The notes beneath the pieces are model-generated. The model was not told the origin of the DNA and ran no database searches. It saw only the letters and a program-made list of their open reading frames with translations. A program made the position numbers and the translations under genes. 64,000 nucleotides of DNA, from the NCBI GenBank assembly GCA_036172245.1, contig JAYWIR010000032.1, positions 620,001 to 684,000 on the forward strand, written 5' to 3'. The DNA comes from Raillietiella orientalis (taxonomy: Eukaryota). Shown piece by piece: positions 1 to 13,099 of the stretch; the first letter of the stretch is position 1, and the number at the start of each line of letters is the position of its first letter.

Positions 1-99
1 CCGGGAACCCGATATGGGAGGTGGTTTCCTCTGGCATGGAGGAAGGAAGAAAAAGAAGAAGAAGAAGAAGAAAAAAAAAAAAATCAATTTGTCCCTCGG

Positions 100-320
100 A
101 ACCTGTGAACAGCATGCAGTCGATTGATCCTAATTATCAACCATAAAACCACCTCCCTGGGTCCTGTTTTCTGGTTTTCACACCACGGAAAGCTGACTTA
201 ATGCTGGATGTTAATTGGCGTAATTCAATTTGCTCAAGGCTCGACCATATTTTATGCGTCTTATCTTTCGCTGGAGTTAAAAGAATGGAAGTAATTTAAC
301 CGGTTAATCCAGCCGGACGG
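100..320. promoter_or_regulatory. Candidate cis-regulatory island (homeodomain-type motif cluster)
   Basis: Non-repetitive, dense TAAT/ATAAA words: CGATTGAT, TAATTA, CCATAAA, TTAATTGG, TAATTC, TTTTATG, TAATTT. Function is inferred only. Confidence 0.3.
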
Positions 321-1076
321 AAAATACGGACGCAGTTTTCCTGCTTGTGCGTGTTCAACATCAGCAAATCCACAAGAGCTTCCTCCCCCCCCCGACTCCT
401 CCCCCCGCCGTTTCCTTCCTTATCTTTTTCTGGCGTCGAATTCGATCCTAGAACAACAACAACACATCCCGGTGTTGAGTTTGTCGGCGAAAACAAAATG
501 AGGGATTTCGCGTGCTCTCATGCGACCGGCCACGAGCTCGACGCGTGAGACTTCCAGCCTGCATTCCAGCCACTGGAAGACGTCGGGAAAACAGTGGGAA
601 CCGTTGCCTTCCTTCAGAGCTGGAAGTGGCTTACTGGAATGCAGGCGGATTTCTGTTTCGTCGTCTTTTAGGCGATTTATGATATGGCAGGAATGCGGCG
701 GACCTCGGCCGCAAATCGGAACGATCAAGAGTCTGCCGCGGACCGATTTCCAGCTCCTCCGCGGAGGAGGAAGTGGACGTTGTGTTGTCCGAGGTGATTC
801 TCGCTTTCCATTCGGTTAGCTGAGATGCTTTGCAAATATTTTGAAGATGATGGGAGTCATCCTGCAAATGGAATCGGCCTCGATGCCCATTCGGTAATTT
901 CATTTGTTTCAAAGGTAAATACCCAATTTGATGGTCATGAATTACCTTTCATCGGCTTGTAATGCCAAAGCGCATGCTTTGCTAATAGCAAGGTCAGGCT
1001 CACGAATTGTGTCCGATGCATGACGCAGGACCGGGTGGCTGGAAAACGCACCGACCGAGGAGGACTGGAAAAACAA

Positions 1077-1103
<27 letters not shown>
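1077..1103 (+). repeat. (GCT)9 microsatellite
   Basis: Directly visible; explains the poly-Ala/poly-Ser runs in overlapping ORFs. Confidence 0.92.
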
Positions 1104-1107
<4 letters not shown>

Positions 1108-1969
1108 GAGCAGCGTTTGGAGACCACGAACTCCGCACGTTCAGCGGAAACGAGATTAGACGTTGTGGAAGAGCGATCCCTATGGAAATTTCCATGGATC
1201 GTAGACGACGATGAAAGACGAATCATCCGTCTGGGAAACAGCCTTCGAGAATTCTTTAAGTGTTCCGAAATGAGATGCACTTCCAGAACTGGGAATTCTA
1301 AACATGAGTGGCGGCTTTGGGCTCGTAATTCACGGAGACGGGAAGATGAGTTTCGAACGAGGGGACTTTTCGGAATTTGTTGATGTCTGCGGTTGTCCCG
1401 TCGATGTTGATGTTTCGCGTTCTGATCCCGAAAGAAGGGGAGTCGAGACCTCTTCAAAGCTCCGGCAATTCTCGTTAGGAGTAATGGATTGAAAAATGAA
1501 TTTGATGGCCACAACCTATTGCATCATCGGGCACGGCGAAGTATGGAGTAAAAAAGCGCGCAGTGGTCGGGAGAAATCCTGGAACCCGACTGCAAGGCTG
1601 AGTTTCCCAACGGTGGACGGCAGCTGACCGCCAGCGCCGTGAAGATTAGCGCGCTGTACTTAACGAGATCTGGCGCGAGAAAGACAACGACGTTGCATTG
1701 GAACAAGAAGAAGGGGGGAGGGGGGAAGAAAAAAGAAAAAAAAAGGTCTGCAGAGCAGTTTCTCCGCCTATTGGAGATTCCTTTGGACGTAACTTCAAAG
1801 TTCTGATACTCTGAGTTTGGCAAGTAGGTGCTGTTCTGTCAAATTGTAGGGAGCAATCTCTTTTATAGCTCAGGAGATTTTGATGGAAAAGTTCTGAAGC
1901 CGAATTTCTGCAATTAGATGTAATAAAACTTCTGATCCTAAAGAATCTGATTCGTCCGAAACCGAATTG

Positions 1970-3800
1970 AATGATTCAGCAGTGCATGTTATTAGGCAAA
2001 AAACACCCTGCTGATTCCTCCTCCTGCAAGTGGACATTTCAAGACGTTGGAAGTTTTGTGAGAGTGTTGGGGAAGTCGGAAAAGACGAACCGTACTTTTA
2101 GAATCAACCGCGGGTCGAAGGAGACGTCTGTGGTGGGCTTCGAAGAACGAAGGTGTTGCCGTACCAACACCTCCACAGTGGGAGTGAAGAATCGGCTCGA
2201 AGGTGAAGTCCACTCATTTAATGATGAGCACAGGAACTGTCGTTCTAAGAGTTGGCACTTCCTGTGTTTACCTTTGGATGGAAAAGAATCAAAGTGGGGT
2301 GTATCTATCGTTTCTTAGAATTTCATGCCAGAAGAAGAGCAAGACCGTGAGTGGTGACACAGTCCATTGCTAATCTCTACTTGGAAGAGACAAAGCTAAT
2401 TCAGAGGTTTCATGAGGGGTTCCCCATTTCCTTCCAACCAGCAGAATTCCAGTCATCCGTTGAAAGGAACCTCCTGAAAACGGCAATTAGCCCGAATCCT
2501 TACGAGTTCCTTTTTTTTTTTTTCTTTTTTTGCAACCGCTGAGGAATTCTCAGTTGAGCTTTCTTCGTTTTGCCAGAAAGGGATTCAGTTTATCACAAAA
2601 AAGAAGGCTATAGAAATTGAATCAAGTGTTAGAAGAACGAGTTGATCATGACCATCAAATGCGGTGCAAGAGATTGCACAAGAGGACTGTTGAAATGAAG
2701 TAAATGAGTTGCAATGAAGAAACAGTTATCGACAAAAGAATCAGTACGAAATTGCAGGGTATTCTTATGGTGGTCCATTAGTACGGATTTGTAGGGAATG
2801 GTACTATACGCAGCGTGGTAGCTGGGATTTTCGTTCCAGATGTGCGAACAGAGGAGCAAGGCAGCTGCAAAAGAAGCGATCTTGGACGAGCAATCTTCGC
2901 AAAGCAATGCAATCGAACTTAAAACCCCATAAGTCGACAGCAGGTACCCCAAAGACATTCCATTCGTTTCTCAAGAGAAGCTGGAACATCAAAAGGCCTT
3001 TCTTGAAGAAGGGAACCCGTGAGGAAGATATGAAACGAAATTATGCAACAGTGCGCACCATTGCCAGGAGGACTTTGGACTGCAGAAGAATTCAAATCGA
3101 ATGGGAGAGCAACATGGATTTTTGGAGTTTCATTTAAAATATTTCAACGCTGCGAACGAGTCGCACGTCCTTCTTGTAGGGGATGGGAGCAAGATTAAGG
3201 CACGGTGCAAGAGGAGCAGTTACTCGATAGGGAACGCTCAAGAGGCCACTTGGCTTCACATGGCTGAACAACGTTAGAACGGGGCGTCGGTAGGTGAGAA
3301 ACACTGCCTCCAAGACGACATCATTCGTTTGACGATGGACAAGTGATTACTCGAAGATCGAAAAGCTGGTAGAACGAGGGCACTCACTTTGGCGCCTTCC
3401 CGCTCTGCAGGCTCTCCCTGCTCGGATTGTCGGAAGAAGATCAGGCTACCCACAGCATCCCGGAACCGAAGCATGATGAAAATGCCTCCCGTGAGGAACC
3501 CGACTCTCGAACTTGCTCCGTACTCATGAGCGGGAGATGGTTTGAAGGACGCAGAGAATGGTCCGAGACCTTGACTGTCAGGCACTCCCTGGACCAGAGT
3601 GTACTTGACTCGGATGTATGAAATCCCTTCCCTGCCGAGCGCCCGAGAAGCCAGAAATGTTTCCGCGATTGCGGCTCTCTTCGGCTTTCCAAGTTTCCCG
3701 AGAGACATCGCAGAAGTGCCAGAAGCACCAGGCACCAGAAACGAAAGGGTTTGTTCGAATCCAATAAAGGAATGCTTGCATGAAATCTGAATACTGGGTA
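1970..3800 (+). mobile_element. Decayed L1/Tx1-like LINE ORF2 (RT to C-terminus)
   Basis: SFVRVLGKSEKTNRTFRINRGSK resembles the RT motif S.V.VNG..S..F.I.RGVRQG; KWGVSI resembles YLGV.I; Cys-containing zf-RVT-like remnant at ~3410-3560. Many stops and frameshifts. Confidence 0.5.
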
Positions 3801-5579
3801 ATCGAAATAAAGTATTATTAAGATAATTGGCATTCGAGAGCCAAAAAAAAAAAAAATGGCGGAAAAAATTCACTTCATCTCCATCATAAATTCAAGATGT
3901 GATTACTTTTCGCGCTGGCAAATAGGAACGGTTTCCAGGGATACCCTTTATTAGGGACATAATTGTTTTGTTGCATCTCCGCATCAATTTTCCACATTCC
4001 TGTCCGGACACTGAATGCGATCAGGCACAGTTTTTCTGAACCATAGGATAGAAAGAGAATTTTCTATTTTTATTTGGCCTAACCTTTTTGCTACTGTGGT
4101 GCTGCCATGGAAAATTTCCGAAAGGGATTTTTCGGTAACGCCGCGCTGCTCCGCTGCCGGGTCGCAAATCTCCGGATCCACCGGAGACGAAAATATCCGG
4201 AAAAGAGTGTGCCTGAGTTGAGCACAGAAACGCTGATAATTTATGTATCATAAATCCAGGCCTCCTCGTGCTTGGAAAACTCTCTAATTGAAAGGACGAT
4301 TCGAAGTTGTGTAGGTCAGGTTAGGAATCTGACGCCACGTGGTCGATCTTACTTGATAGCAAATTGGCTGATGGGGATGTCCAAAGTGGCGAAACCTCGA
4401 ATTCCCTTTTTTTTTTGGGAACGGGGGGGGGGTCTCCAGGTGACATGCCGCACTCTGGAAAATTCACTGGGTTTCCGGAAAAAGGCGCTTTTCGCCCGCT
4501 TCCGTAACGAAACAGAGGAAGCGCGGAAACTAGAGATGAACAAGGAGAAGGGATGCTGCGTGCTCGCGCCAAATGCGGTTCTGGATTTCGCTCCCGAGAC
4601 AACGTCCGAGGACCACGCTCACCGCTGACCCCATACCGCTCACGGAGAGCATTTTCGCTCACACGGCCGTTAAAACGCAGCCTCGTCGGAAATGATCTGT
4701 TCTGGACGTATCTTGGGGTCTTCCGGAACAGACTATCGAGGGCATCTTTCTAGAGCTTTGAGCGTGGGTTAGGCCCCTGGACAGCATCGCACTGGTGGTG
4801 AAATATATGCAGCGTTCAACGCACATACACCGTATTTATTTTCATTCTTTTGCGGTTCGTGGGTGACGGCACAGGGGGAGAGCACAACCGATAAATAGTA
4901 GGTGGATGTTGACAAGGCGCATTTGTGTTGTATCACCGCAACACGAATCGGCTTCAGGGATTCATTCCTGTCTCGCTTTTGATAGGTTTCGAGATTTGAT
5001 CCGGCGGCCCGCCAAGCACAATCTTTCAAAAGCTTCAGGGACTGCAGGAGACACCTTCGCGGTGTGTTTTAAATCACATATTCTCTTGGAAGGTTTCTCC
5101 AGTGTCGCAAGATTTGAGGGAGGAGTCTCCCGTAGTGGAAGGCAATCCGAGGTTTCGTCTCTCCTGATCATGACGGATGGGAGAGGCATCCGTGATGGGA
5201 AGTTGGTCGCTCGTTATTCGCGAGCCAGGCGGTCCTTTCGTGAGAGGAAATCGTCCCGACCGCACGCAACAGCCGTCCTCCGCTGAGTGCGCCTGCTGCT
5301 GCCGATCCTGGAGATTCGGATGCTGTGCGTTTTTTGACTTTGCATCCGGTGGCAGCAGCGGATCTCATGCAGCAAAGATGCCACCGCGAGAAATGCAGAG
5401 ATAGGAGGCTGAGGAAGGCTTCCTGGGTCCGTGCATTTGTTCTCGAGCTGACCACTAGGTGTTGACGATCGTCCTTTCCTTTCCAAGAAAAGCTTCGCCT
5501 TGCTTTCTTGGTTTCCTCGATATTTCGCATTTGCTTCTTTCTTTTTTTCCTTCTTTTTTTTTTTTTTACTGAAATCAAT

Positions 5580-6470
5580 CCGAAAGGCATTGGAGTGACT
5601 TGGTACATTTGGAATACGAAATGAGCATGCCCGGACGGAGTGAGGCATCACGGAGGTGGAAGGGGGAGGTCAGGCGACACGAAACAACACAATTGCTCCC
5701 ACGCAAGAGATCTTCGCAATCTCCTCCTGGTTCCTCAGCGAGACGCATGCAGAGGAATCCAGATGAAGACCTCCATGCGCATCGCTTGAGCGACGGCAAA
5801 GATCCTCGCGCTCGATCGCTGCCTTGCTTCCGTGAGCTGCAGGGTCGCAGCTTCGGATTCTCTCGCAGAGAACCGGATGACATAGATGGAAGGCAAGCAA
5901 GTCGCAAGATGGAACGGGATGCGAATCCCTTTGAACCAGCTCCTGTTCAGCTCACTCGTTCGAAAATTCGGTTTCTTTTCGTGTGTGAGGGCTGGCACGA
6001 GGGAAGATAAAAGCTTGGAGTCCGTAAGAAACATTCGGAGGGGATGAGGCAACGGATGGTAGCATCGCGCATCCGATACTCCAGGGACATCCACGCAATC
6101 ACAGGAGGAATATCACAAGAAGAATAGCACAGGAGACCGTAACTCATGTATAGCCAGAAGAACCCAGCGATCAGCTCTGACAACACGGAGGACATGATGC
6201 TGAGAATGCAACAGAATAGGGGCAGTAGATGCCCTAGGTGGACAGCAGAGGAAAACCCGGAAGTGCAGCAGGAGCTCCTCCTGTGACGCATTCCTAAATT
6301 GCAAATTGAGACAGTGGAAGTTCTCATTCCATTTCTGTTGCAGGAACTTCCAGATTGTTCGATCCTGCTCCTCGAGCGACGTTCGCCACCACAGCGTCCA
6401 CGGGAGCGAAGGCTTCGAGACAGAAGCAATTCCTCCTGAAGCGCACATTCTGCTCCTCAAGGCGGACCGT
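5580..6470 (+). mobile_element. Decayed LINE APE endonuclease remnant
   Basis: Degenerate motifs in the expected order: FLSETH (LQETH), DDIDGR (D..GR), AVDA (L.DAW), SDVRHHSV (SDH..V). Confidence 0.45.
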
Positions 6471-7369
6471 CGCTGCGCAGACGGCTGGTTGACGCCGTGT
6501 TTTCCACACCTTGTCGGTTACGTCCGTGCGCACAAAAGGGCGGCGCAAACAAGTGCGGGGGCGAATTTCCGCGTTTTCTTTTCTCCTGTCTGTTCTCTTC
6601 GTGTCGTCCTCAGAATCCGTCGCGTTCCCGGAAGGCCTCCGGAAAACGCAGAACGCCGAAGCACGTCGTGGGTCTTCCGCCCGCTTTCTCGAACCTCCGA
6701 CCTGAAAGCCGCTTGGGTGGGAGAAGAGAAGAGTCAATGTTGTCAGCCCGGTTTGCTTTTCCCGCAGCCTTTTTTCGTTGACGTCTTCGTTACGCCATCT
6801 CTGAGAGTTCGCAGGGAAACCACTTTCTCCTCCCTGGAGAACCAGGCGCCACTTCGGTTTCGATCTCTTTCCCGAGATTAGGGGAGGCCCACCCGCTTCT
6901 AACGTTTCAAGCAGTCCACTTGGGCGCTCTGAAAGTTCGAGAAAGCCTTCTGCTTTTTCGGATCCAAAGGGATAGAACTGGCGCGAAGAAACGGCGATCG
7001 CCATTTATCTCGTCGATGGGAAAGACGCGCACGAGCCCTCACTGGGTGCAAAAGAGGAAAGCACAGGAATCTGGCGTGGCCTCGGCTGCGTTTGCGCTTC
7101 GGGCAGCACCGCCCAGAGCTTGCATCTTTTGCGAGTGATATCTGAACCTCATTGCTTCCGCACGCGATCACTCGAACTCCTGAGCTACCATGAAATCTCT
7201 TTTCCTTTTCTTTAAAAAAAGAAGAAAAAAAGAAAGTCGGCAGCGACGTCGCGTGGCGATCATTGCTATTGGCCTAGGATGCTTATCACCCGGTTACGCC
7301 GGGGAATTTATTACGTGAAGAAACCAGAATGCATTGGTGTGGTAGAATTCTGGGTTCTACCACGTGCAA

Positions 7370-8210
7370 TGAACCTGCCGAAGAGCGGTGAGCAGACCGC
7401 CGAGCTCCCCTTCAGCAGCGTGGGGGAAGAGGAAAGAAAAACACCAAAACAAATAAACAAACAAAAACAGGGAAGGGGAATTTCACATAAGGAAGGAAGG
7501 GATCACAGCACGCTGCCAGGCATCCTCTGCATTCTGTCCAGGATGACGGCAAGGTCCGTTCGGATGGCGCCCAAGTGGGGCCATCTCGAGGCGGTCTACA
7601 GGAAGACCCACGCCTGGTGGATGGCGTCCCTGCCATTCTGGCCTCTTCTGCTGTTCCAGGCCGTGGTGATCTCGCGAACACAGCAGAGAACCACGAGAAA
7701 CGCGGCTGGCAGCAATGCCGCAGGCACGAAGAGGCGTCTAAAAATGTCCCTGGGGCTGCCCATTGGGATTCCTAGGGCCGTCGAGAGGCGATCCCAAAGG
7801 GGACAGAGGACAGAACAGTCTAAAAGCAGGTGCGTGAGGTCTCCTTCCCGCGCCTGTCGCACTGAGAGCCCACGCTCCTCCGTGTCCAGTGACGTCGGCG
7901 GGGGTTGCACGGGGGACCCCAATACACCACCAGCAACACCAACCCTTGCCAATTGAGGGGGAGGGTGCCACTGTTCGAGCACGCAGGGGGTTACGTCGCG
8001 TCCTCCGGAGACTTGTCGAGCAGCTCTCCAAGGACTCCCACGCTCCCCAGCGTGAGAGTCCTTGGGGCGGGACATCCGGGTCACAGCGTCCGTCACTTTC
8101 CAAGTTGTCCGCGCTCCCAGAAGTGTCTTGTTTGCTGCCTTGCAGCACGTCACTTCCCACCTTGCCGGGATTACGCTGTCCCTTGCGTCCCTTAGACAGG
8201 GAAGCACTGG
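7370..8210 (-). mobile_element. L1/Tx1-like LINE 3' end, family B, copy 1
   Basis: zf-RVT-like THLLLDCSVLCPLWDRL followed by TASRWPHL; DNA homology to 43730-43960 (GAACCTGCCGA; GGAAGGGATCAC...CTCTGCATTCTxTCCAGGATG). Confidence 0.8.
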
Positions 8211-8219
8211 GGAAAGAAG

Positions 8220-8720
8220 AATGGCCTAGGATGATGGAAATCCTTTTGAGGTTCTCCCGTTTTCGCTGGTTTCCTTCAAGCTTTTTTTTTGGTTCGCTCA
8301 GCACTCAAGAACCGTTTGCCTCCTTACAGAGGACCCACGAAGCTCTTTGACGCTGTCCGCATCACCTAAGGGTGCCTGAACTCTTCGAGTTATAGGAAGG
8401 ACCTGTAGGGACCACCCTATGTATCCAAGAAGTACCCTGGAGGAAGGAGTCCGCTCCTCTCTTAGCTTGGAAGGAGAACCGCGAAGGAAACCTCTTGCTT
8501 ATTCTCTCCGAAAGAACCCCTGGAAGGAGCCGCGACCCTGGAATTCCCTCCCGGGAGGGAACCCACGAGGGAACCACTCCTTGCTTCCTCCTCTGGAGAG
8601 AACTCCGAAGGGACGCTCCCAAGTTCCCTCTGAAGAGCTGCTCCCCGAAGGGAGCAACGCGCTTCGAGACACTGGGGAGCGATCAACCAGCTCCGCGATA
8701 CTCGATGGAGGGTCACTGAT
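8220..8720 (-). mobile_element. SINE-like family A, 3' half
   Basis: Reverse complement aligns with ~45950-46505 (e.g. CATAGGGTGGTCCC, CTATAACTC, GAACCAAAA) and with 42430-42735. Confidence 0.8.
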
Positions 8721-9340
8721 GCCGAGAAATAGGTGCGACATGGGTTTCCAGTCCCCTCCTCCCCCCTCCTCTCAGGATGACGCTGGTTCGGGTGAGACAC
8801 CGGTAGCAACCGGAAACCCCCGGATGTCCCCGGTGACTGGTCTGGATTGGAAGTTGACCCTCCGGGGGATCCGTCCAGGAATCAAGAGTCTCGAGGTTCC
8901 TCCCCGGTTGTGCGAATGGAGCCGTACCATCGCGTACTATGGACCCGGTTCATACCACCCTCAGGGGATAGCCTCTCCGAAGTGCAAGAAGCGGGCTGCT
9001 CCCTTCAAGGAGTTCCCTTCAAAAAAAGTCTGAAGCGCCCCTTCGGGGTTTCTCAAGGGGAGGAAATAGGGAGCGATTCCCTTGCTGGGGTTTCCTCCGG
9101 AGAAGAAATTCCAGAAGCAGATTCTTTCCGGGTTTTCTTCGGAGAAGAGACGAACAGTGTCCCTCCCTCTAGGAGTCCCTCCGGAGACAACCAGAACGAG
9201 GATTCCCTTCGGAATTCCCTCCCAAGCGTGAGAGGAACGGGTTCCTTCCTCTGGAACATTCCTGGTTTCATAGGGTGGTCCCTACGGGGTCCCCTAAACC
9301 TGAAGGGTTGATATATGCCCTTAAGCGGCGTGGACAGTGC
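8720..9340 (+). mobile_element. SINE-like family A, headless copy
   Basis: Aligns with ~45740-46355 (CAGGATGACGCTGGTT; TTCATAGGGTGGTCCC; GGCGTGGAC). Confidence 0.8.
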
Positions 9341-9650
9341 GCTCCCAGGAGAACGGTTCTTGACACTCTGGAACTCATGGCACCCCATGAGGGGGAAAGG
9401 GGGCAGCTCCATTTTCACAGCCGGAGGGGAGCACCGAAGGGAACCAGCTCTTTGGTTCCTGGAAGGACTCCTGTGCGTCAACTACCAAATCCTTTCCGGC
9501 TTATCCAATCCAAAGGCAGAAGGCGCCATCCTGCAGGGGGAACTCGAAACCCATGATGCACCCATTCCTCAGTGCCGATCTCTGCTTAGGTGGGATTCGA
9601 ACCCGCGACGCTTGTTGCCACGCGCGGAAACCTCAGCAGCCACTGGAGCG
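9340..9650 (-). mobile_element. SINE-like family A, 5' part with tRNA-like head
   Basis: B box GGTTCGAATCCC on the minus strand (9592-9603); CAGGAACCAAAGAGCTGGTTCCCTTCGG is shared exactly with ~45876-45903. Confidence 0.85.
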
Positions 9651-10849
9651 GACCGAAATCGGCAGATCCGGCGCATGGCCGACGGAGCTGGGAGGAACTG
9701 CTTTCCTGGCGACCCACCACCATCGCAGTGTCCCGTGAAAAGTAAACCCGAAGCGCCTGCAGAAAGTTCCGAGGAGGATCTAAGCGCCAGGGCCAGGCGG
9801 ACGTCGGGAAGAAGTGGGCAGGACCGGGCGGGGAGGAGGCTTTGGGTTGTCATGGGAAACCCGACCCTCAGGAGCTCACCTCCTAGCTTCCTCATAAAAC
9901 CTTATCGGTCGAAGGAGGCTGCTCCCTCGTCCACTTCGCATCATATTAATTTTTCACCAGTGCCTTGCCTTTTACTTCCCCCCCCCTCCCCCCGAACAAA
10001 GGGCATACCAGATTGGCCGCGATATGATCTTTTGGGCAATCGATGTGTAATTTCCCTCGTCTGCTGGCATAAATCCGCTTCAAGTCCGCGCGATCGAGCG
10101 GCGAAGTCCCGCCGGTCCGAAGAATTCGAGCGAACCGCGCTCGTCACGAGTGTGCGCGAGGAGGGAGGGAGAGAGGGAGGGAGGGAGGAAGGAGGAGAGA
10201 GAGAGAACTTTCACTTGAAGGCGTATGGTTCCTTTTCCGAGATCGGCTGCGCACCCTCGCCGTGCAACCTCACGCGAGACTACGCGCTGCTGCTGCTCGG
10301 GGAAAAAGAGGTTTCGCTTGCGCCCTCCTCCCCTCGGGGAAGTCTCTGTGTCCGAAACTCTGGAACGGCCTGGAATCCGAGCGTCGGGACTCGGGAGGAT
10401 CGACCGATGTCTTTCCGGCCAGAGAGTCCACCACGGCGGGTTTCCGGCCGCGCATGCGGCCGAGACGGGTTGGGCGCGATGTGGCGGCTGCTTCGTCGTG
10501 AGGGCGCGCGCGCATCGCCGGAAAGCCGCCTTGCAGGGAAACGAAGGCAAGCAGATGGGAAGGAGAGAAGGTGGGTGTCTCTCGCCCCCCGCCGGCTTCC
10601 CTCCCGCCAAGGGAGTGCGGAGGAAGGGCGCCTCCTCGTTTCCCCTCAGACTCGAACGTTCCCACATCCTCATCCCGCCGAAGCTGGTGGGCGCTGAGCA
10701 GCGCGCGCAGGCGCACGAGGGTGGTGGTGGTAAGGTTTGACTTCGCGCAGAGGGTGACGGGCACACGAACCCTCCCAACGCAAGCTGACTGCTCTGCTGT
10801 CCCTTCGGCTCCCGCGCGTACACATCGCCGGATTCCCGGCCGCTGCCCC

Positions 10850-12180
10850 CAAGACGCGCTCGCAGGAAGAAGCCCGTCATCCCAGGGGGCTTCACCCATC
10901 ACGAATTCGGCTGCTGACATGAATGGAGATCTCCGCCCCAGCCATCGCGGGAGGCCTAGCCTCTGGAGCTCACGGAAGGGTGGTCCCTTTCCTCGCCGCG
11001 ATCTCCGAGGCCTTCTTGTTACCTCGCTGGCCCAGAAACAACGACCAAGTCCTCGTGCACGCGTTTCTGGAGCAACGTCTTCTTCCCTCCAGTCCTCAGG
11101 GATGTGAACGGGAAGACCTGTTCTCCAAAGCGGAAAGAAGCGGTGTGATCCGGCGTGATCTTCGTCTGGAGAGAAATCGGCATCTTCTTCTGGGAGGCAG
11201 CGAACCTGAAGGCAGTTGTGGAGGCGGAAGCAAAAGGTCTCAAGAGGAGATGAAGACGGTCAAAAGCTGAAGAGCCTTTTGGCTGCCTTTGATTCCATTA
11301 TAAGTAGGAAAAGGATCTGGTAGACGGAAGAAAGAAAGAAAGGAATTTGCAACCGTCTTTGTTCGTTGCTACGCACGCGCTTGGGGATCCGGAATACCGG
11401 AGAGCAAGCGTGGAAACCAGTGGTCCACGAGGCAGTGACCGGAATGCATGGCGGCAAGAGGTGGTCGAGACCTGGGTCTCCACGGTGCGAGTCTCTTCTG
11501 CAACCCGTTCGGAGATGTCCTTCAGGACTGCTGCGCCCGATAGTCACATCCCTTGCCACGGCGACGTCTTCCCTGAGGGCAAGCGACGACAGCGGCCTAA
11601 CGGAAACGATGTGGGAAGTCGTCCCACAACACCGCACTGGAGACCCCTATCGCCAGTAGGCGTGCGCTCAGGAGGGAGGGAGCACCTTGGTGTTCCTGTC
11701 CAGGAGGGAGCGAGCTGATGCTGCTGCTTTTTGCAGCGGAGTTCCGGGGGGACTTTTCCCGTCCCCAGTCTGTCCCCGCGCCAGGTGCGGTTGGGTGGAA
11801 GTGATCCCGTGTATGCAGCTGGCGCCGCCCTCAGGGAGCTGTGGAGCTCTTGCACATCGCGGAGACACGGCCAAGGACTCGCCGCGGCGATTCTTTTGCG
11901 CGCGGAAGGCTCTCGGAAAGCGCCGAGGTGCTGCATCCGCGCGAACCTAGCCACAGCCCGCAACGTTCCCGAGTCTCGGGTGCGGCGAAGGGAGGTCGTT
12001 CGCATGGCGACCGCCTCCGCGAGAGCAGCCGCGAGTTGGCATCCCGAACTGTTCGCTAGCGACCGCATCTGCTCCGGATTGCTTCAGGAACCAAACGCGC
12101 GTCGGGCTGAAACTCCTCGTTGAACTTCTTTTTGTTGGCTTTTCCTTTCGCTCCCAACTTGTTTATTTTTTTTTTTAGGT
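10850..12180 (+). mobile_element. L1/Tx1-like LINE ORF2 3' part, family B, copy 2
   Basis: MNGDL...RKGGPF resembles NG.LS...RQG.P; C-terminus CCIRANLATARNVPES...AASWHPEL matches the other family B copies; 11500-11600 aligns in reverse with 50100-50200; T-rich 3' tail. Confidence 0.72.
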
Positions 12181-13099
12181 GAGAACGCCTCGGAGGTGGC
12201 GATCAGATCCTGATGGATGGATTGCCGGTTGCTTTTGCCGAGCTGGTCATCCTGCCATACGAAGATGCGATGCAGGTTTCCCTCTCCTGCAAACGCCAGC
12301 CCTCTCGACGTTCACCTCGACACTTCGCGTCGGCAACTCCTGCAGCCTCCGCAAAAGGTGCTTCCACGTCCGCTTCCGTTGCCAGGTGACGACCGTCGAT
12401 TGCAGACCTGTCCCTTTCTCGTTTATCAGATTCAGCACCTGCTGGTGCCTCGAACTCGGGGCTGCTTTCCTTCCTCACCTTGGATACGACTTTCCTCCTG
12501 GTCGCAAAATCGATCACGAGCGATCGTTTCACCCCACCGAACTTCCCGCACCCGTTTCCACTCACTTTTCCCGCACACCTAAACATCGGGTGCGCCACCG
12601 CCAGCTTTCAGATGGGGCTGCTCCCTTCTCGCCGACGTACTGGTGAGGTCCACTTAGCGTCGTAATTTATGGATCTTTTGTTCGTTCGGCGAACCCTGCA
12701 GTTTCCCAGAATTACGCTCAAGAAACTGGATTACATCCTTCAGGCTTCGTCCCACACTGGTCTCCTCGGGCCACGTTAATGAGTTCGCTAAGCCCCTGAG
12801 CCACCTCCGCCTCGCTCGGCCCTGCACCCTTCCAAGCTCAGCTTCTTCCTGTTGGACGCCATGCATCTCCCAAGAGGACTTCCTCATCCGAAAGAAAAAA
12901 AAAAAAAAAAAAAGGAAAGAAAGAAAAATTCGCGATCTTCTGCTTCGTTATCTGCGCTAGAAATGATGACTTTTTTGTTCATTGTAATCTTTTCCGAACA
13001 TTCCGCTTGACACCGAGACTGACCATCGGGCTGCCTGGCCCCCTCTAAGTTATGCGAGTTAATTTACGATTCGCCGTCCAAGTTCAAGGCACTCTGGAC

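Noticed and set aside
9315..10697. Longest ORF (460 aa), and similarly 53385-54686 and 55362-56477
   Set aside because: These run across SINE/LINE remnants, GA tracts and GC-rich DNA. The translations are low-complexity R/S/G/P-rich with no domain, and are explained by stop-codon scarcity.
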